The translations under genes were made by a program, and so were the position numbers. A stretch of 64,000 nucleotides of DNA from the NCBI GenBank assembly GCA_031551405.1, contig JAVBNQ010000002.1, positions 717 through 64,716 on the forward strand, written 5' to 3'. Source of the DNA: a bacterium (GTDB lineage Bacteria; RUG730). The notes beneath the pieces were generated by a model that was given only the letters and a program-made list of their open reading frames with translations, was not told where the DNA came from and did no database searches. Below, in pieces: positions 48,279 through 57,635 of the stretch (the first letter of the stretch is position 1; the number at the start of each line of letters is the position of its first letter).

Positions 48279-49037
48279 TTATTTCACAAAATTTTTCAAA
48301 ATCCCAATTTTTTCAATCTCAACTTCGACGCAATCGCCTTTTTGCATTGGGCCAATATTTTCAGGCGTCCCGGCCAAAATCACGTCTCCCGGAAAAAGTG
48401 TCATGATTTTTGAAACAAATTCCACGATCTCAAAAACATCAAAAATCATGTCTTGAGTGTTGCTTTTTTGTTTTATTTCTCCATTAAGCTTGAGTGAAAT
48501 TTCCAAATTTCGAGGATCCAAACCAGTCGAGATAAATGGTCCAATCGGACAAAAAGTGTCAAACCCTTTGCAAATCGTCCACTGTTCTCCGGGCTTTTGA
48601 AGGTCTCTAGCTGTGACATCGTTAGCGCAAGTGTACCCCAAAATATATCCATCCTCTTCAACTTGAATTTTGCTTAGATTTTTTGCAGTTTTACGGATCA
48701 CGATGGCGAGCTCAGCTTCGTAATCAAGCCTTCCAACATTAGCCGGATAAACAATACTCTGGTTTGGCCCGATAAGCGAGCTTTGCGGTTTCAAAAAAAC
48801 CACAGGATCTCTTGGAATTTCAAATCCCATTTCTTTCGCATGTTTTTTGTAATTTAAACCAATTGCTACAATTTTTGAAGGATTGCAAGGCTGGAGTATT
48901 TCAACGTCTTTCTCATCAACGAAATCTTCTGATAAAACAAAGCTTTCGTAAAATGAACCCTTAATTATGTGAAATTTATTGTTTTGAAAAACGCTCTGAT
49001 ATATTTTATTTTTGTGTTTAATTTGCGCCAAAAACAT
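48279..49037 (-). CDS. Fumarylacetoacetate hydrolase family protein
   Basis: GLNY..H..E, FLKP, DYEAEL, NDVTARD, KGFDTFCP.GP, GTP. Confidence 0.93.
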   Translation of the reverse strand: MFLAQIKHKNKIYQSVFQNNKFHIIKGSFYESFVLSEDFVDEKDVEILQPCNPSKIVAIGLNYKKHAKEMGFEIPRDPVVFLKPQSSLIGPNQSIVYPANVGRLDYEAELAIVIRKTAKNLSKIQVEEDGYILGYTCANDVTARDLQKPGEQWTICKGFDTFCPIGPFISTGLDPRNLEISLKLNGEIKQKSNTQDMIFDVFEIVEFVSKIMTLFPGDVILAGTPENIGPMQKGDCVEVEIEKIGILKNFVK

Positions 49038-49819
49038 TATTTTAGGCCTAAAACATCAAACATGTCATAAAGTCCCGCTGTCCGATTTTCAAGCCATTTT
49101 GCAGCCAAAATCGCGCCTTTTGCGAAATTATCCCTCGAATGCGCTCTATGCGTAAGCTCCAATCTCTCATCATTGCCACAAAAATAAACGCTGTGTTCTC
49201 CGACGACATCGCCAAGTCTTACGGCATGAATCGCAATCTCCTCGTTTTTTCTGGCACCAACATTTCCTTCTCGTCCAAAAATCCAGTCCTCTTTTCTTCT
49301 TTCTGTTGCTTTTGTCACGATTTCCGCTAATTTCAAAGCAGTTCCACTCGGAGCATCTTTCTTTTTGTTGTGATGAATTTCAACGATCTCTGTATCATAA
49401 TCCTTCAAAAATTTCGCCGCATCATTTAAAATTTTAAAAAAAACGTTAACTCCGACGCTCATATTCGGAGAAAAAACGACTCCTATTTCTTTTGCAGCAT
49501 CGTGAATCAAATTTACTTGCTCATTAGTAAATCCAGTGGTCCCAATAACAATATTTTTTTTTAACTTTCTTAAAATTTTCAAATTTTCTATCGTAGCATC
49601 CGGAGCTGAAAAATCTATAAAAACTTGAGATTTGCCTGAAATTACGTTTACGTCGCTAGAATAAATTACGTCTAGATCTGCAAAAACTTTCTGCCCTTGG
49701 CATTGATTTTGCGCTGAGTCGATTGCACCTGTAATTTCTGCAGATTTATCATTTTTCAAAAGACCCAAAATTTTTGAGCCCATTCGTCCTGAAGCTCCGA
49801 TTACAGCTATTTTTGTCAT
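49037..49819 (-). CDS. dapB: 4-hydroxy-tetrahydrodipicolinate reductase
   Basis: GASGRMG, GTTG, EIHHNKKKDAPSGTA. Confidence 0.97.
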   Translation of the reverse strand: MTKIAVIGASGRMGSKILGLLKNDKSAEITGAIDSAQNQCQGQKVFADLDVIYSSDVNVISGKSQVFIDFSAPDATIENLKILRKLKKNIVIGTTGFTNEQVNLIHDAAKEIGVVFSPNMSVGVNVFFKILNDAAKFLKDYDTEIVEIHHNKKKDAPSGTALKLAEIVTKATERRKEDWIFGREGNVGARKNEEIAIHAVRLGDVVGEHSVYFCGNDERLELTHRAHSRDNFAKGAILAAKWLENRTAGLYDMFDVLGLK

Positions 49820-49831
49820 TATAAACCCTCG

Positions 49832-50881
49832 TTAATCACGCGTTTTTTCAGCAAATTCTCCGGCCAATTGCCCGCAAGCAGCTTTGATATCTTTGCCTTT
49901 TGACGCTCGGATTGTAATTTTTACGTTTCGATCTTGTAACATGTTCGAAAATCGATGCAATTCCTCGTCAGACGTTCTCCGCAAAAGTTTATTTTTAAAA
50001 ACTGGACTGTATGCTAAAAGATTAACCTTTGCTTTCAAAGATTTGGCAATCTCAGCAAGTTTGATCGCGTCGTTTTTTGTGTCATTAATGCCTTTTAAAA
50101 GAAGGTATTCGAAGGTAATCATTCGACTTGTTTTTTCGTAGTAATGCTGGCAGGCGCGCAATAATTGATTGAGCGAATATTTTTTTGCAACAGGCATAAG
50201 CGAACTTCGTTTTTCCTGAAACGCAGCGTGAAGAGAAATCGCTAAATTTACCTGCAATCCAAAATTTTTTAGCCGTTCGATGCCCGGAACAATTCCATTC
50301 GTCGAAATAGTGATGCGTCGGCTCGCAATCCCGAGTCCATTTTTGTCGTTCATGACTTCAAGCGATTTTTCAAGATTTTCGTAGTTATCGAGCGGCTCAC
50401 CCATTCCCATAAAAACGTAATTATCGATCTCAACTCCGGATTTTATTTTTGTGTAAATGACTTGATCGAGAATTTCACTTACGTTGAGATTACGTTTAAA
50501 TCCAAGGCTTCCGCTCGCGCAAAAAATGCATTGAAATTTACAACCGACTTGCGTGGAAAGACAAAGAGTATTTCGATTTTTAGATGGAATCAAAACTGCT
50601 TCAATCGCGTTTCCATCTCGTAATTCGAAGAGATATTTACTCGTTCCATCGGAAGAATTTAACGTTTTTGCTATATTTATTTTGCTAATAAAAAATATTT
50701 CGTCTAATTCTTCGCGTATTTCTAAGGACAAATCAGACATTTCGTCAAACGAATTGACGCCTTTTTTATAAATCCAAGAAAAAACTTGTTTTGCTTTATA
50801 TTTTGGAATTTTGAGTTTTTCAAAAAAATCTGCTAATTCTTTGAACGTAAAATTTTTTATATTTTGTTTGGTTTTATACAT
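49832..50881 (-). CDS. rlmN: Dual-specificity RNA methyltransferase RlmN
   Basis: STQVGCKFQCIFC, MGMGEP, ISLHA, AACGQL. Confidence 0.95.
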   Translation of the reverse strand: MYKTKQNIKNFTFKELADFFEKLKIPKYKAKQVFSWIYKKGVNSFDEMSDLSLEIREELDEIFFISKINIAKTLNSSDGTSKYLFELRDGNAIEAVLIPSKNRNTLCLSTQVGCKFQCIFCASGSLGFKRNLNVSEILDQVIYTKIKSGVEIDNYVFMGMGEPLDNYENLEKSLEVMNDKNGLGIASRRITISTNGIVPGIERLKNFGLQVNLAISLHAAFQEKRSSLMPVAKKYSLNQLLRACQHYYEKTSRMITFEYLLLKGINDTKNDAIKLAEIAKSLKAKVNLLAYSPVFKNKLLRRTSDEELHRFSNMLQDRNVKITIRASKGKDIKAACGQLAGEFAEKTRD

Positions 50882-50896
50882 TTTTATATCGAAAAA

Positions 50897-52000
50897 TTAA
50901 ATTATCGCTTCGCCGGTCTGAGGATCAAAAATATGCAGCTTCGACATATTAAAAACTAAGTCAATAGTCTGCCCAACTTGCGCTCGATCTTGAGGTAAAA
51001 CTTTTGCAATTAGTTTTTGCGAGCCAAGCACTAGATAAAGATAAATTTCTGAACCCATAATTTCTACAACGTCGACCATAGCTCTTGTTGTATTGTTCTC
51101 AGTCGATAGCGAAGAATAAACTTTATCATACAAATCCTCCGGCCTTATTCCAAAAATCACTTCTTTATTTACATAATTCTTTATAAATTCCGTTAGTTCA
51201 ACCGGCATCAAAAGTTCAAACCCTTCCTCTTTCAAGAAAAACGAATTATTTTTTTCTACGACTTTGCAACGCAAAAAATTCATCGGCGGCGAGCCAATAA
51301 ATCCGGCCACAAATTGTGACCGCGGTTTATCGTAAAGCGAAATCGGATCAGATGTTTGCTCAATATGCCCATCACGCATCACGACGATTTTGTCACCCAT
51401 AGTCATAGCCTCGATTTGGTCGTGAGTAACATAAATCATAGTAGCTTGCAAATTTCGATGCAGTTTCTTAATCTCAGTTCTCATCGTAACTCGCAACTTT
51501 GCGTCAAGATTTGAAAGCGGCTCATCGAACAAAAAAACTTTTGGTTTTCTGACGATAGCTCGCCCAACTGCAACTCTTTGTCTTTGACCGCCGGACATTT
51601 CCTTTGGTTTACGATCCAAAAGCTGCGTTATTCCTAGGATTTCTGCAGCTTCTTTAACTCGGGCATCGATTTCTTTTTTTGAATATTTTCGTAATTTCAA
51701 GCCAAAAGCCATATTTTCATAAACAGACATATGAGGATAAAGCGCGTAATTTTGAAAAACCATCGCAATATCTCGATCTTTTGGAGGCACGTCATTAATG
51801 AGCAAATTATCGATATAAAGCTCACCAGAAGAAATCTCCTCAAGCCCCGCGACCATTCTCAAAGTTGTAGATTTCCCGCAACCGGACGGACCAACAAGCA
51901 CACAAAATTCTCTGTCTTTTATATCCAAATTTATACTTTTTACAGTCTCAATTTTCCCGGAATAAATTTTAGTTACATTTTTCAAGACAACATTTGCCAC
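50897..52000 (-). CDS. Sugar ABC transporter ATP-binding protein (MalK/MsmX-like)
   Basis: GPSGCGKST, FQNYALYPH, SGGQRQR, DEPLSNLD, TOBE-like tail. Confidence 0.95.
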   Translation of the reverse strand: MANVVLKNVTKIYSGKIETVKSINLDIKDREFCVLVGPSGCGKSTTLRMVAGLEEISSGELYIDNLLINDVPPKDRDIAMVFQNYALYPHMSVYENMAFGLKLRKYSKKEIDARVKEAAEILGITQLLDRKPKEMSGGQRQRVAVGRAIVRKPKVFLFDEPLSNLDAKLRVTMRTEIKKLHRNLQATMIYVTHDQIEAMTMGDKIVVMRDGHIEQTSDPISLYDKPRSQFVAGFIGSPPMNFLRCKVVEKNNSFFLKEEGFELLMPVELTEFIKNYVNKEVIFGIRPEDLYDKVYSSLSTENNTTRAMVDVVEIMGSEIYLYLVLGSQKLIAKVLPQDRAQVGQTIDLVFNMSKLHIFDPQTGEAII

Positions 52001-52066
52001 AATTTTATCCTCCCATTTTTTTACTTCGTATTGTAAATTTTATTAGAAATATTTAGTCAACAACCC

Positions 52067-52363
52067 CTAACTTAAAACTTTCAAGGCGTCAAAAACTTTT
52101 TGTCCGATATAAAGTCCTGTTTTTTCGCCAGTTTTTGTAGTATTTTCAATTTTCGCAGAAAGCATCTCATCGATACTTTTTATTCCTGTCACAAAACCCG
52201 CAACATCTCTATTTTTTTCTGCGATATTTTTGTCAATATAACCGCAAGCAATGTATCCTTTTTGACATTTTATGATAATCAATTTTTTCTGACCCAGCTC
52301 CATCTCGTAAGCTATCGCTTTTTTCGTCCCTTTTTTATCTAAAACTATATCTTCAATTTTCAT
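52067..52363 (-). CDS. YunC/DUF1805 family protein
   Basis: KGYIACGY, V.GIKSIDEML.A.I, G...G....DAL. Confidence 0.85.
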   Translation of the reverse strand: MKIEDIVLDKKGTKKAIAYEMELGQKKLIIIKCQKGYIACGYIDKNIAEKNRDVAGFVTGIKSIDEMLSAKIENTTKTGEKTGLYIGQKVFDALKVLS

Positions 52364-52391
52364 AAATTCCCCGACTCAAATTTGTAAATTT

Positions 52392-53960
52392 TTATTTTCC
52401 TAAATGATATTCCTGAATTGATTTTACGTCATAATTGCCTCTTATCAAAGCTTCAATTCCATTTACTGCAGCCTGGGCTCCGGAAATCGTAGTAATCAGC
52501 GGGATCCCTTGCATTACCGCAATATTTCGAATCATATTTTGATCCTTTTGAGGAACTCGACCCGTCGGAGTATTTATTATCAAATTTATCTCGTTATTTT
52601 TTATGAGATCGACGATGTGCGGTCTTCTCTCATGAATTTTCGGCAAAACAGTCACGTCTATTCCGTTATTTTTCAAAACTTTCGCGGTTCCGGCAGTCGC
52701 ATAAATTTTAAACCCAAAATCATACAATTTTTTGGAGATAAACGAGACAGCGCGTTTGTCGTTATCTCGTACGCTGATGAAAACATTGCCTTGGGTCGGC
52801 ATTTTTTCACCGGCTGCGATCTCGGCTTTTGCAAAAGCTTTCCCGTAGTCCTTGTCGATGCCCATTACTTCGCCAGTAGAGCGCATCTCAGGTCCCAAAA
52901 CAATGTCTGCTCCAGGAAAACGATTGAACGGAAAAACTGACTCTTTAACGCAAAAATAACTAGGCGTTTTTTCCTCAGTAAAACCCAATTCCTTAAGTTT
53001 ATGACCAAGCATTACTTTGGTTGCGAGCTTAGCTAAAGGAACTCCGATGGCTTTTGAAATAAACGGAATCGTCCTCGAAGCTCGAGGGTTGACTTCCAAA
53101 ACATAAAGCGTATTATCTTTGAACGCGTACTGAACATTCATTAGCCCTTTCACCTCTAATTCTTTTGCAAGAGCTTTTGTTGCTACGCGAATTTCGTCAA
53201 GCACATTGTCCGTCAGAGAATACGGCGGCAAAACCATAGCAGAATCACCGGAATGTACTCCTGCTTCCTCGATATGCTCCATTATTCCTGCGACCACAAA
53301 GTCCTCTCCATCGGCAATCATATCTACGTCTACCTCGATCGCATCTTCCAAAAAACTGTCGATTAATGCTGGATGCTCTTGAAAAATAATTGCAAATTCC
53401 TGCATATATCTTTCCAAATCTTTGTCGTTATAAATAATTTCCATAGCTCTTCCACCAAGGACGTACGACGGCCGTACCAATACTGGATATCCGATTTTGT
53501 CTGCAATTTTTTTTGCGCCAGCATAGTCAAACGCCGTTCCATTTTCCGGCTGACGAAGGCTCAGTTTTGTAAGAATTTGTTTGAAACGCTCGCGATCTTC
53601 AGCCCTATCGATCGAATCTGAACTCGTACCCAAAATATTCACACCTTCTTTTTCGAGAGGGACAGCAAGGTTGAGAGGTGTTTGTCCACCGAGCTGAACG
53701 ATAATACCGAGAGGTTTTTCTTTATATATAATATTCAAAACGTCTTCTTTGGTAAGCGGTTCAAAATAAAGTTTGTCCGAAGTATCGTAGTCGGTAGAAA
53801 CGGTTTCCGGATTAGAATTGACGATAATTGATTCGTAGCCGATTTCATCTAAAGCATAAGCTGCGTGACAACAACAGTAGTCGAACTCAATCCCTTGTCC
53901 GATTCTATTCGGCCCACCACCTAAAATTATAACTTTCCCTTTTTTAGCCTGTAAAGACAC
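52392..53960 (-). CDS. carB: Carbamoyl-phosphate synthase large subunit, C-terminal half only
   Basis: Starts at GGGPNRIGQGIEFDYCC; one ATP-grasp (VRPSYVLGG, EVNPRASRT) plus MGS domain; 522 aa. Confidence 0.9.
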   Translation of the reverse strand: MSLQAKKGKVIILGGGPNRIGQGIEFDYCCCHAAYALDEIGYESIIVNSNPETVSTDYDTSDKLYFEPLTKEDVLNIIYKEKPLGIIVQLGGQTPLNLAVPLEKEGVNILGTSSDSIDRAEDRERFKQILTKLSLRQPENGTAFDYAGAKKIADKIGYPVLVRPSYVLGGRAMEIIYNDKDLERYMQEFAIIFQEHPALIDSFLEDAIEVDVDMIADGEDFVVAGIMEHIEEAGVHSGDSAMVLPPYSLTDNVLDEIRVATKALAKELEVKGLMNVQYAFKDNTLYVLEVNPRASRTIPFISKAIGVPLAKLATKVMLGHKLKELGFTEEKTPSYFCVKESVFPFNRFPGADIVLGPEMRSTGEVMGIDKDYGKAFAKAEIAAGEKMPTQGNVFISVRDNDKRAVSFISKKLYDFGFKIYATAGTAKVLKNNGIDVTVLPKIHERRPHIVDLIKNNEINLIINTPTGRVPQKDQNMIRNIAVMQGIPLITTISGAQAAVNGIEALIRGNYDVKSIQEYHLGK

Positions 53961-53990
53961 AAAAACCTCCGATATAAAAGCAAGGATTTT

Positions 53991-54800
53991 CTAAAAATTA
54001 TTTTCTATATATTCGATCGCAGATTTGAAAATGTGAAATCCGTCAGCAAATTCGTTTCCAAAAGCTATGCCTTTGGCTTTTTTTATTGTCCAATCCGGAG
54101 TCTGCCAAACATGAAAAGCTCTCTCTGGATGCGGCATCATTCCGAGTATATTTCCTCTTGAATTGCAAATACCAGCTATGTTGTTGACCGCACCATTTGG
54201 ATTTTTAGGATAAATAGCAGGTTTGCTGCTTTCGTCGCAATACCTAAATGCGACCAAATTTTGTTCCTCGATTTTCTGTAAAATATCTTCGTCAAAAGCT
54301 AAAAACTTGCCTTCTGCATGCGCTGATGGAATATTGATTATCTCCGGCACATATTTCAAAAATGGAGATGAAGTGTTGACTTTTTTTAGATGCACCCATC
54401 GGCATTCGAATTTGTTAGAGTCATTCAAAGTCAAAGTTGCGTATTGCTTTTCATCAAAAATGCCGTCGAGTCCAGGCAAAAGCCCTGTTTTGATTAAGAC
54501 CTGAAATCCGTTACAAATACCTAAAATGAGCCTATTCGAGTCAGCAAATTTGAATAATTCGTCTTTTAGACGGAATTTTAGTTCTGTAGCCAAAACTTTT
54601 CCGGCAGAAATATCGTCACCGTATGAGAAACCGCCTGATATTACGAGCATCCGATAATCTAGCAAATTGATTTCTTTATTGGCAAGCTTGTTGATATGGA
54701 AGGAATCTACGTGAGCACCCAAATTTCTTAAGGCACTTGCAGTTTCTTGATCACAATTTGTCCCGGCAGAACGCAGAACTATTATTTTTGATTTACTCAT
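53991..54800 (-). CDS. purQ: Phosphoribosylformylglycinamidine synthase glutaminase subunit
   Basis: GTNCD, GGFSYGD, GICNGFQ, AHAEG, MMPHPER. Confidence 0.95.
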   Translation of the reverse strand: MSKSKIIVLRSAGTNCDQETASALRNLGAHVDSFHINKLANKEINLLDYRMLVISGGFSYGDDISAGKVLATELKFRLKDELFKFADSNRLILGICNGFQVLIKTGLLPGLDGIFDEKQYATLTLNDSNKFECRWVHLKKVNTSSPFLKYVPEIINIPSAHAEGKFLAFDEDILQKIEEQNLVAFRYCDESSKPAIYPKNPNGAVNNIAGICNSRGNILGMMPHPERAFHVWQTPDWTIKKAKGIAFGNEFADGFHIFKSAIEYIENNF

Positions 54801-54897
54801 AAATTAAAAACCTATTTTGGATTTTGCTTAAGGCTAAACTTTTATATTGTAGTTATTTTTTGTTTTTTTTCCAGCAAAATTTTTAAAATATCGGCAA

Positions 54898-55725
54898 TTA
54901 TTTTATGGCATTTCGCAGGGCTTGTCGCATGATTTCTACGGGAGTTTTTGTTTTTGTCCAGGACTCAAAACTTAAAACTCCCTGATACAAAAGCATATCG
55001 AGACCGGAAATACATTTTATATTTTTTTGCAAGCAATGCTTTAAAAGTGGGGTTTCTCTATTATAAACAATATCATAAACAACATTTTTTTCACTCAAAA
55101 AATCCAAATCAAACGGCGCAACGTCATTCTCCATCCCACATGGAGTCGCATTTACTATCAGGCTACATTTTGAAATTATCCCGGAAATTTCAGATATTGA
55201 AACAGCTTTTATACTCGAATCTAGTTTTGCAATTTCTAGCGCTTTATCGTCGTTAATGTCGGAAATGTAAACTTTATCCGCTCCTGCAAAAATTAAGCTC
55301 ACGGCAATAGCCCGCGCTGCTCCTCCGGCACCAATTATAACACAATCTTTGTCATTCACGTTAAATTTCAAAGTTTCTCGTAAAGAACGAATAAATCCCT
55401 TTCCGTCAGTATTATCTCCAATTAAACGTCCATTCTCATTAATAATCGTGTTCACGGCGCCGATTGTCTTGGCTTCTTCTGTCATGCTGTCGAGATATTT
55501 TATAACAGATTGTTTGAATGGGATTGTGACGTTGATGCCGCAGAGATTCATAGCCTTTATCGCGTCTACCGCAATGCAAAGATTTTCAGGCTGAACCTCG
55601 AATGGCACGTAAACGAAATCTAATCCAAGATGCTCAATAGCCGCATTGTGCATTATAGGCGACAACGAATGACGAATAGGATTCCCAAATATTCCCAAAA
55701 TTTTTGTAGTGCCATTTATTTTCAT
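54898..55725 (-). CDS. aroE: Shikimate dehydrogenase
   Basis: HSLSP.MHN, NVTIPFK, GAVNT, NTD, GAGGAA. Confidence 0.96.
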   Translation of the reverse strand: MKINGTTKILGIFGNPIRHSLSPIMHNAAIEHLGLDFVYVPFEVQPENLCIAVDAIKAMNLCGINVTIPFKQSVIKYLDSMTEEAKTIGAVNTIINENGRLIGDNTDGKGFIRSLRETLKFNVNDKDCVIIGAGGAARAIAVSLIFAGADKVYISDINDDKALEIAKLDSSIKAVSISEISGIISKCSLIVNATPCGMENDVAPFDLDFLSEKNVVYDIVYNRETPLLKHCLQKNIKCISGLDMLLYQGVLSFESWTKTKTPVEIMRQALRNAIK

Positions 55726-55785
55726 TTTTTACCTCGAATTAACTTTTTTCACTATTGAAAAATGCAAAATTTAAATTCAAAAAAT

Positions 55786-57621
55786 TTATTTTGAATTAGC
55801 AGTTTTATCGATAAAAATATTAATAAGCGAAATATCGCTCGGGTTTACGCCGGAAATCCTCGACGCTTGCCCTAAAGTCAGAGGATTTATCTCTCCGATT
55901 TTTTTCCTGGTTTCCGCAGACAAACCAATAATTTGCGAATAATCCAATTCATCCGGAATTTTCTTGTTTTCAATTTTTTCAAATCTTTTCACATCTTCGA
56001 TTTGCCGTTTTATGTATCCGTCGTATTTTATGTCAATATTTATATTTTTTTTGAGCAAATGCGCATTCCAATACGTTTCCCGATCATCTTCCTCTTCTGT
56101 AAAAAACTTTGTCCAGCCAAAATATCCAAAATCCTGACGAATTTTATGCGCTTCAGAAATTCCACCTTCTTTTGTAGCCTCTAGCTTTTGCTTCAAATTT
56201 TCTTTTTTCGTCTTATAATTCATGTAACCGGTAAAAATATCTGCGTCAATCAACCCGAAATTAAATCCGTATTCCAGCAAACGCTCGTCGACATTGTCAT
56301 TTCTAAGCAAAAGTCTGTACTCTGCTCTAGACGTGAACATTCGATATGGATCCAAAACTCCTTTTGTCGTCAAATCATCCAGCAAAACTCCGATATACGC
56401 TTCGCTTCGTTTTAAAATAAACGGCTCTTTTCCACTCAGTTTCAGTGAAGCGTTAAGCCCGGCAATAAAACCTTGAGCAGCAGCTTCCTCGTATCCAGTC
56501 GTTCCGTTGATTTGTCCTGCAAAATACAAATTCTCGATTTTTTTTGTCTCGAGCGTGAGTTTTAGCTGTGTCGGCTGATAAAAATCATACTCAATCGCGT
56601 AGCCAATTCTCGCAACTTTTGCATTCTCAAGACCTTTGATGCTCCGTAAAAATTTGATTTGGACGTCTTCAGGCAAACTCGAAGAAATTCCGTTACAATA
56701 AATTTCATCCGACTCAAGTGATTCCGGCTCTAAAAAAATTTGATGTCGGTTCATCTCTTTAAAACGTACGACTTTATCCTCGATACTCGGGCAATATCTA
56801 GGGCCAATCCCTTTAATTTTCCCTGAATAAAGCGGAGATCTATGCAAATTATCGAGAATAATTTTGTGGGTTTCTTCGTTCGTGTAGGTGATAAAACAAT
56901 CAGATTTATTTTTTAATTCTGCTCGAGATGTAGAAAAAGAAAACGGCTCTAAAACATCATCGCCGGAATATTTTTGTAAATCCGTGAAATCAATACTGTT
57001 TTTGAAAATTCTTACGGGAGTTCCGGTTTTTAAACGGCTTGTTTCAAAACCTAAAATTTTTATGGACTCAGCCAATTCTTGAGATGCAAATTCACCTGAT
57101 CTTCCTGCAAAAAAACTTGTGTCGCCGATATGAATTACGCCGTTCAAAAATGTTCCGGCAGTAATAATCAAATTTTTCGTTTCGTAAAAAATTCCAGTCT
57201 TCGAATAAACGCCTTCAATTTTAAAGTTTGCAGTTTTGATTCCAATAATCTCGTCTTGTTTTAGCGTCAAATTTTCTTGTTTTTCCAGAGTCTTTTTCAT
57301 CTCGCGGCTGTAAATTTTTTTATCGCACTGAGCTCTCGGAGACTGGACAGCTACGCCTTTGCTAATGTTAATCATATTAAACGAGAGCATTGATTTATCA
57401 GTATTTCTACCGATTTCACCGCCGAGAGCGTCAACTTCACGAATAATCTGGCCTTTGGCTATGCCGCCCATCGCCGGATTACAGGAAAGCTGCGCAATCG
57501 TATCCAGGTTCATCGTAAAAAGCGCAGTCCTTTTCCCGCTACGCGCAGCCACCAAAGCAGCTTCGCAGCCGGCGTGTCCTGCTCCGATCACAACTATATC
57601 AAATTTCTGCATATTTTCCAT
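55786..57621 (-). CDS. mnmG: tRNA U34 carboxymethylaminomethyl modification enzyme
   Basis: GAGHAGCEA, SCNPA.GG, GPRYCPSIEDK, GQINGTTGYEEA. Confidence 0.97.
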   Translation of the reverse strand: MENMQKFDIVVIGAGHAGCEAALVAARSGKRTALFTMNLDTIAQLSCNPAMGGIAKGQIIREVDALGGEIGRNTDKSMLSFNMINISKGVAVQSPRAQCDKKIYSREMKKTLEKQENLTLKQDEIIGIKTANFKIEGVYSKTGIFYETKNLIITAGTFLNGVIHIGDTSFFAGRSGEFASQELAESIKILGFETSRLKTGTPVRIFKNSIDFTDLQKYSGDDVLEPFSFSTSRAELKNKSDCFITYTNEETHKIILDNLHRSPLYSGKIKGIGPRYCPSIEDKVVRFKEMNRHQIFLEPESLESDEIYCNGISSSLPEDVQIKFLRSIKGLENAKVARIGYAIEYDFYQPTQLKLTLETKKIENLYFAGQINGTTGYEEAAAQGFIAGLNASLKLSGKEPFILKRSEAYIGVLLDDLTTKGVLDPYRMFTSRAEYRLLLRNDNVDERLLEYGFNFGLIDADIFTGYMNYKTKKENLKQKLEATKEGGISEAHKIRQDFGYFGWTKFFTEEEDDRETYWNAHLLKKNINIDIKYDGYIKRQIEDVKRFEKIENKKIPDELDYSQIIGLSAETRKKIGEINPLTLGQASRISGVNPSDISLINIFIDKTANSK

Positions 57622-57635
57622 CGAAAATTATCCTG

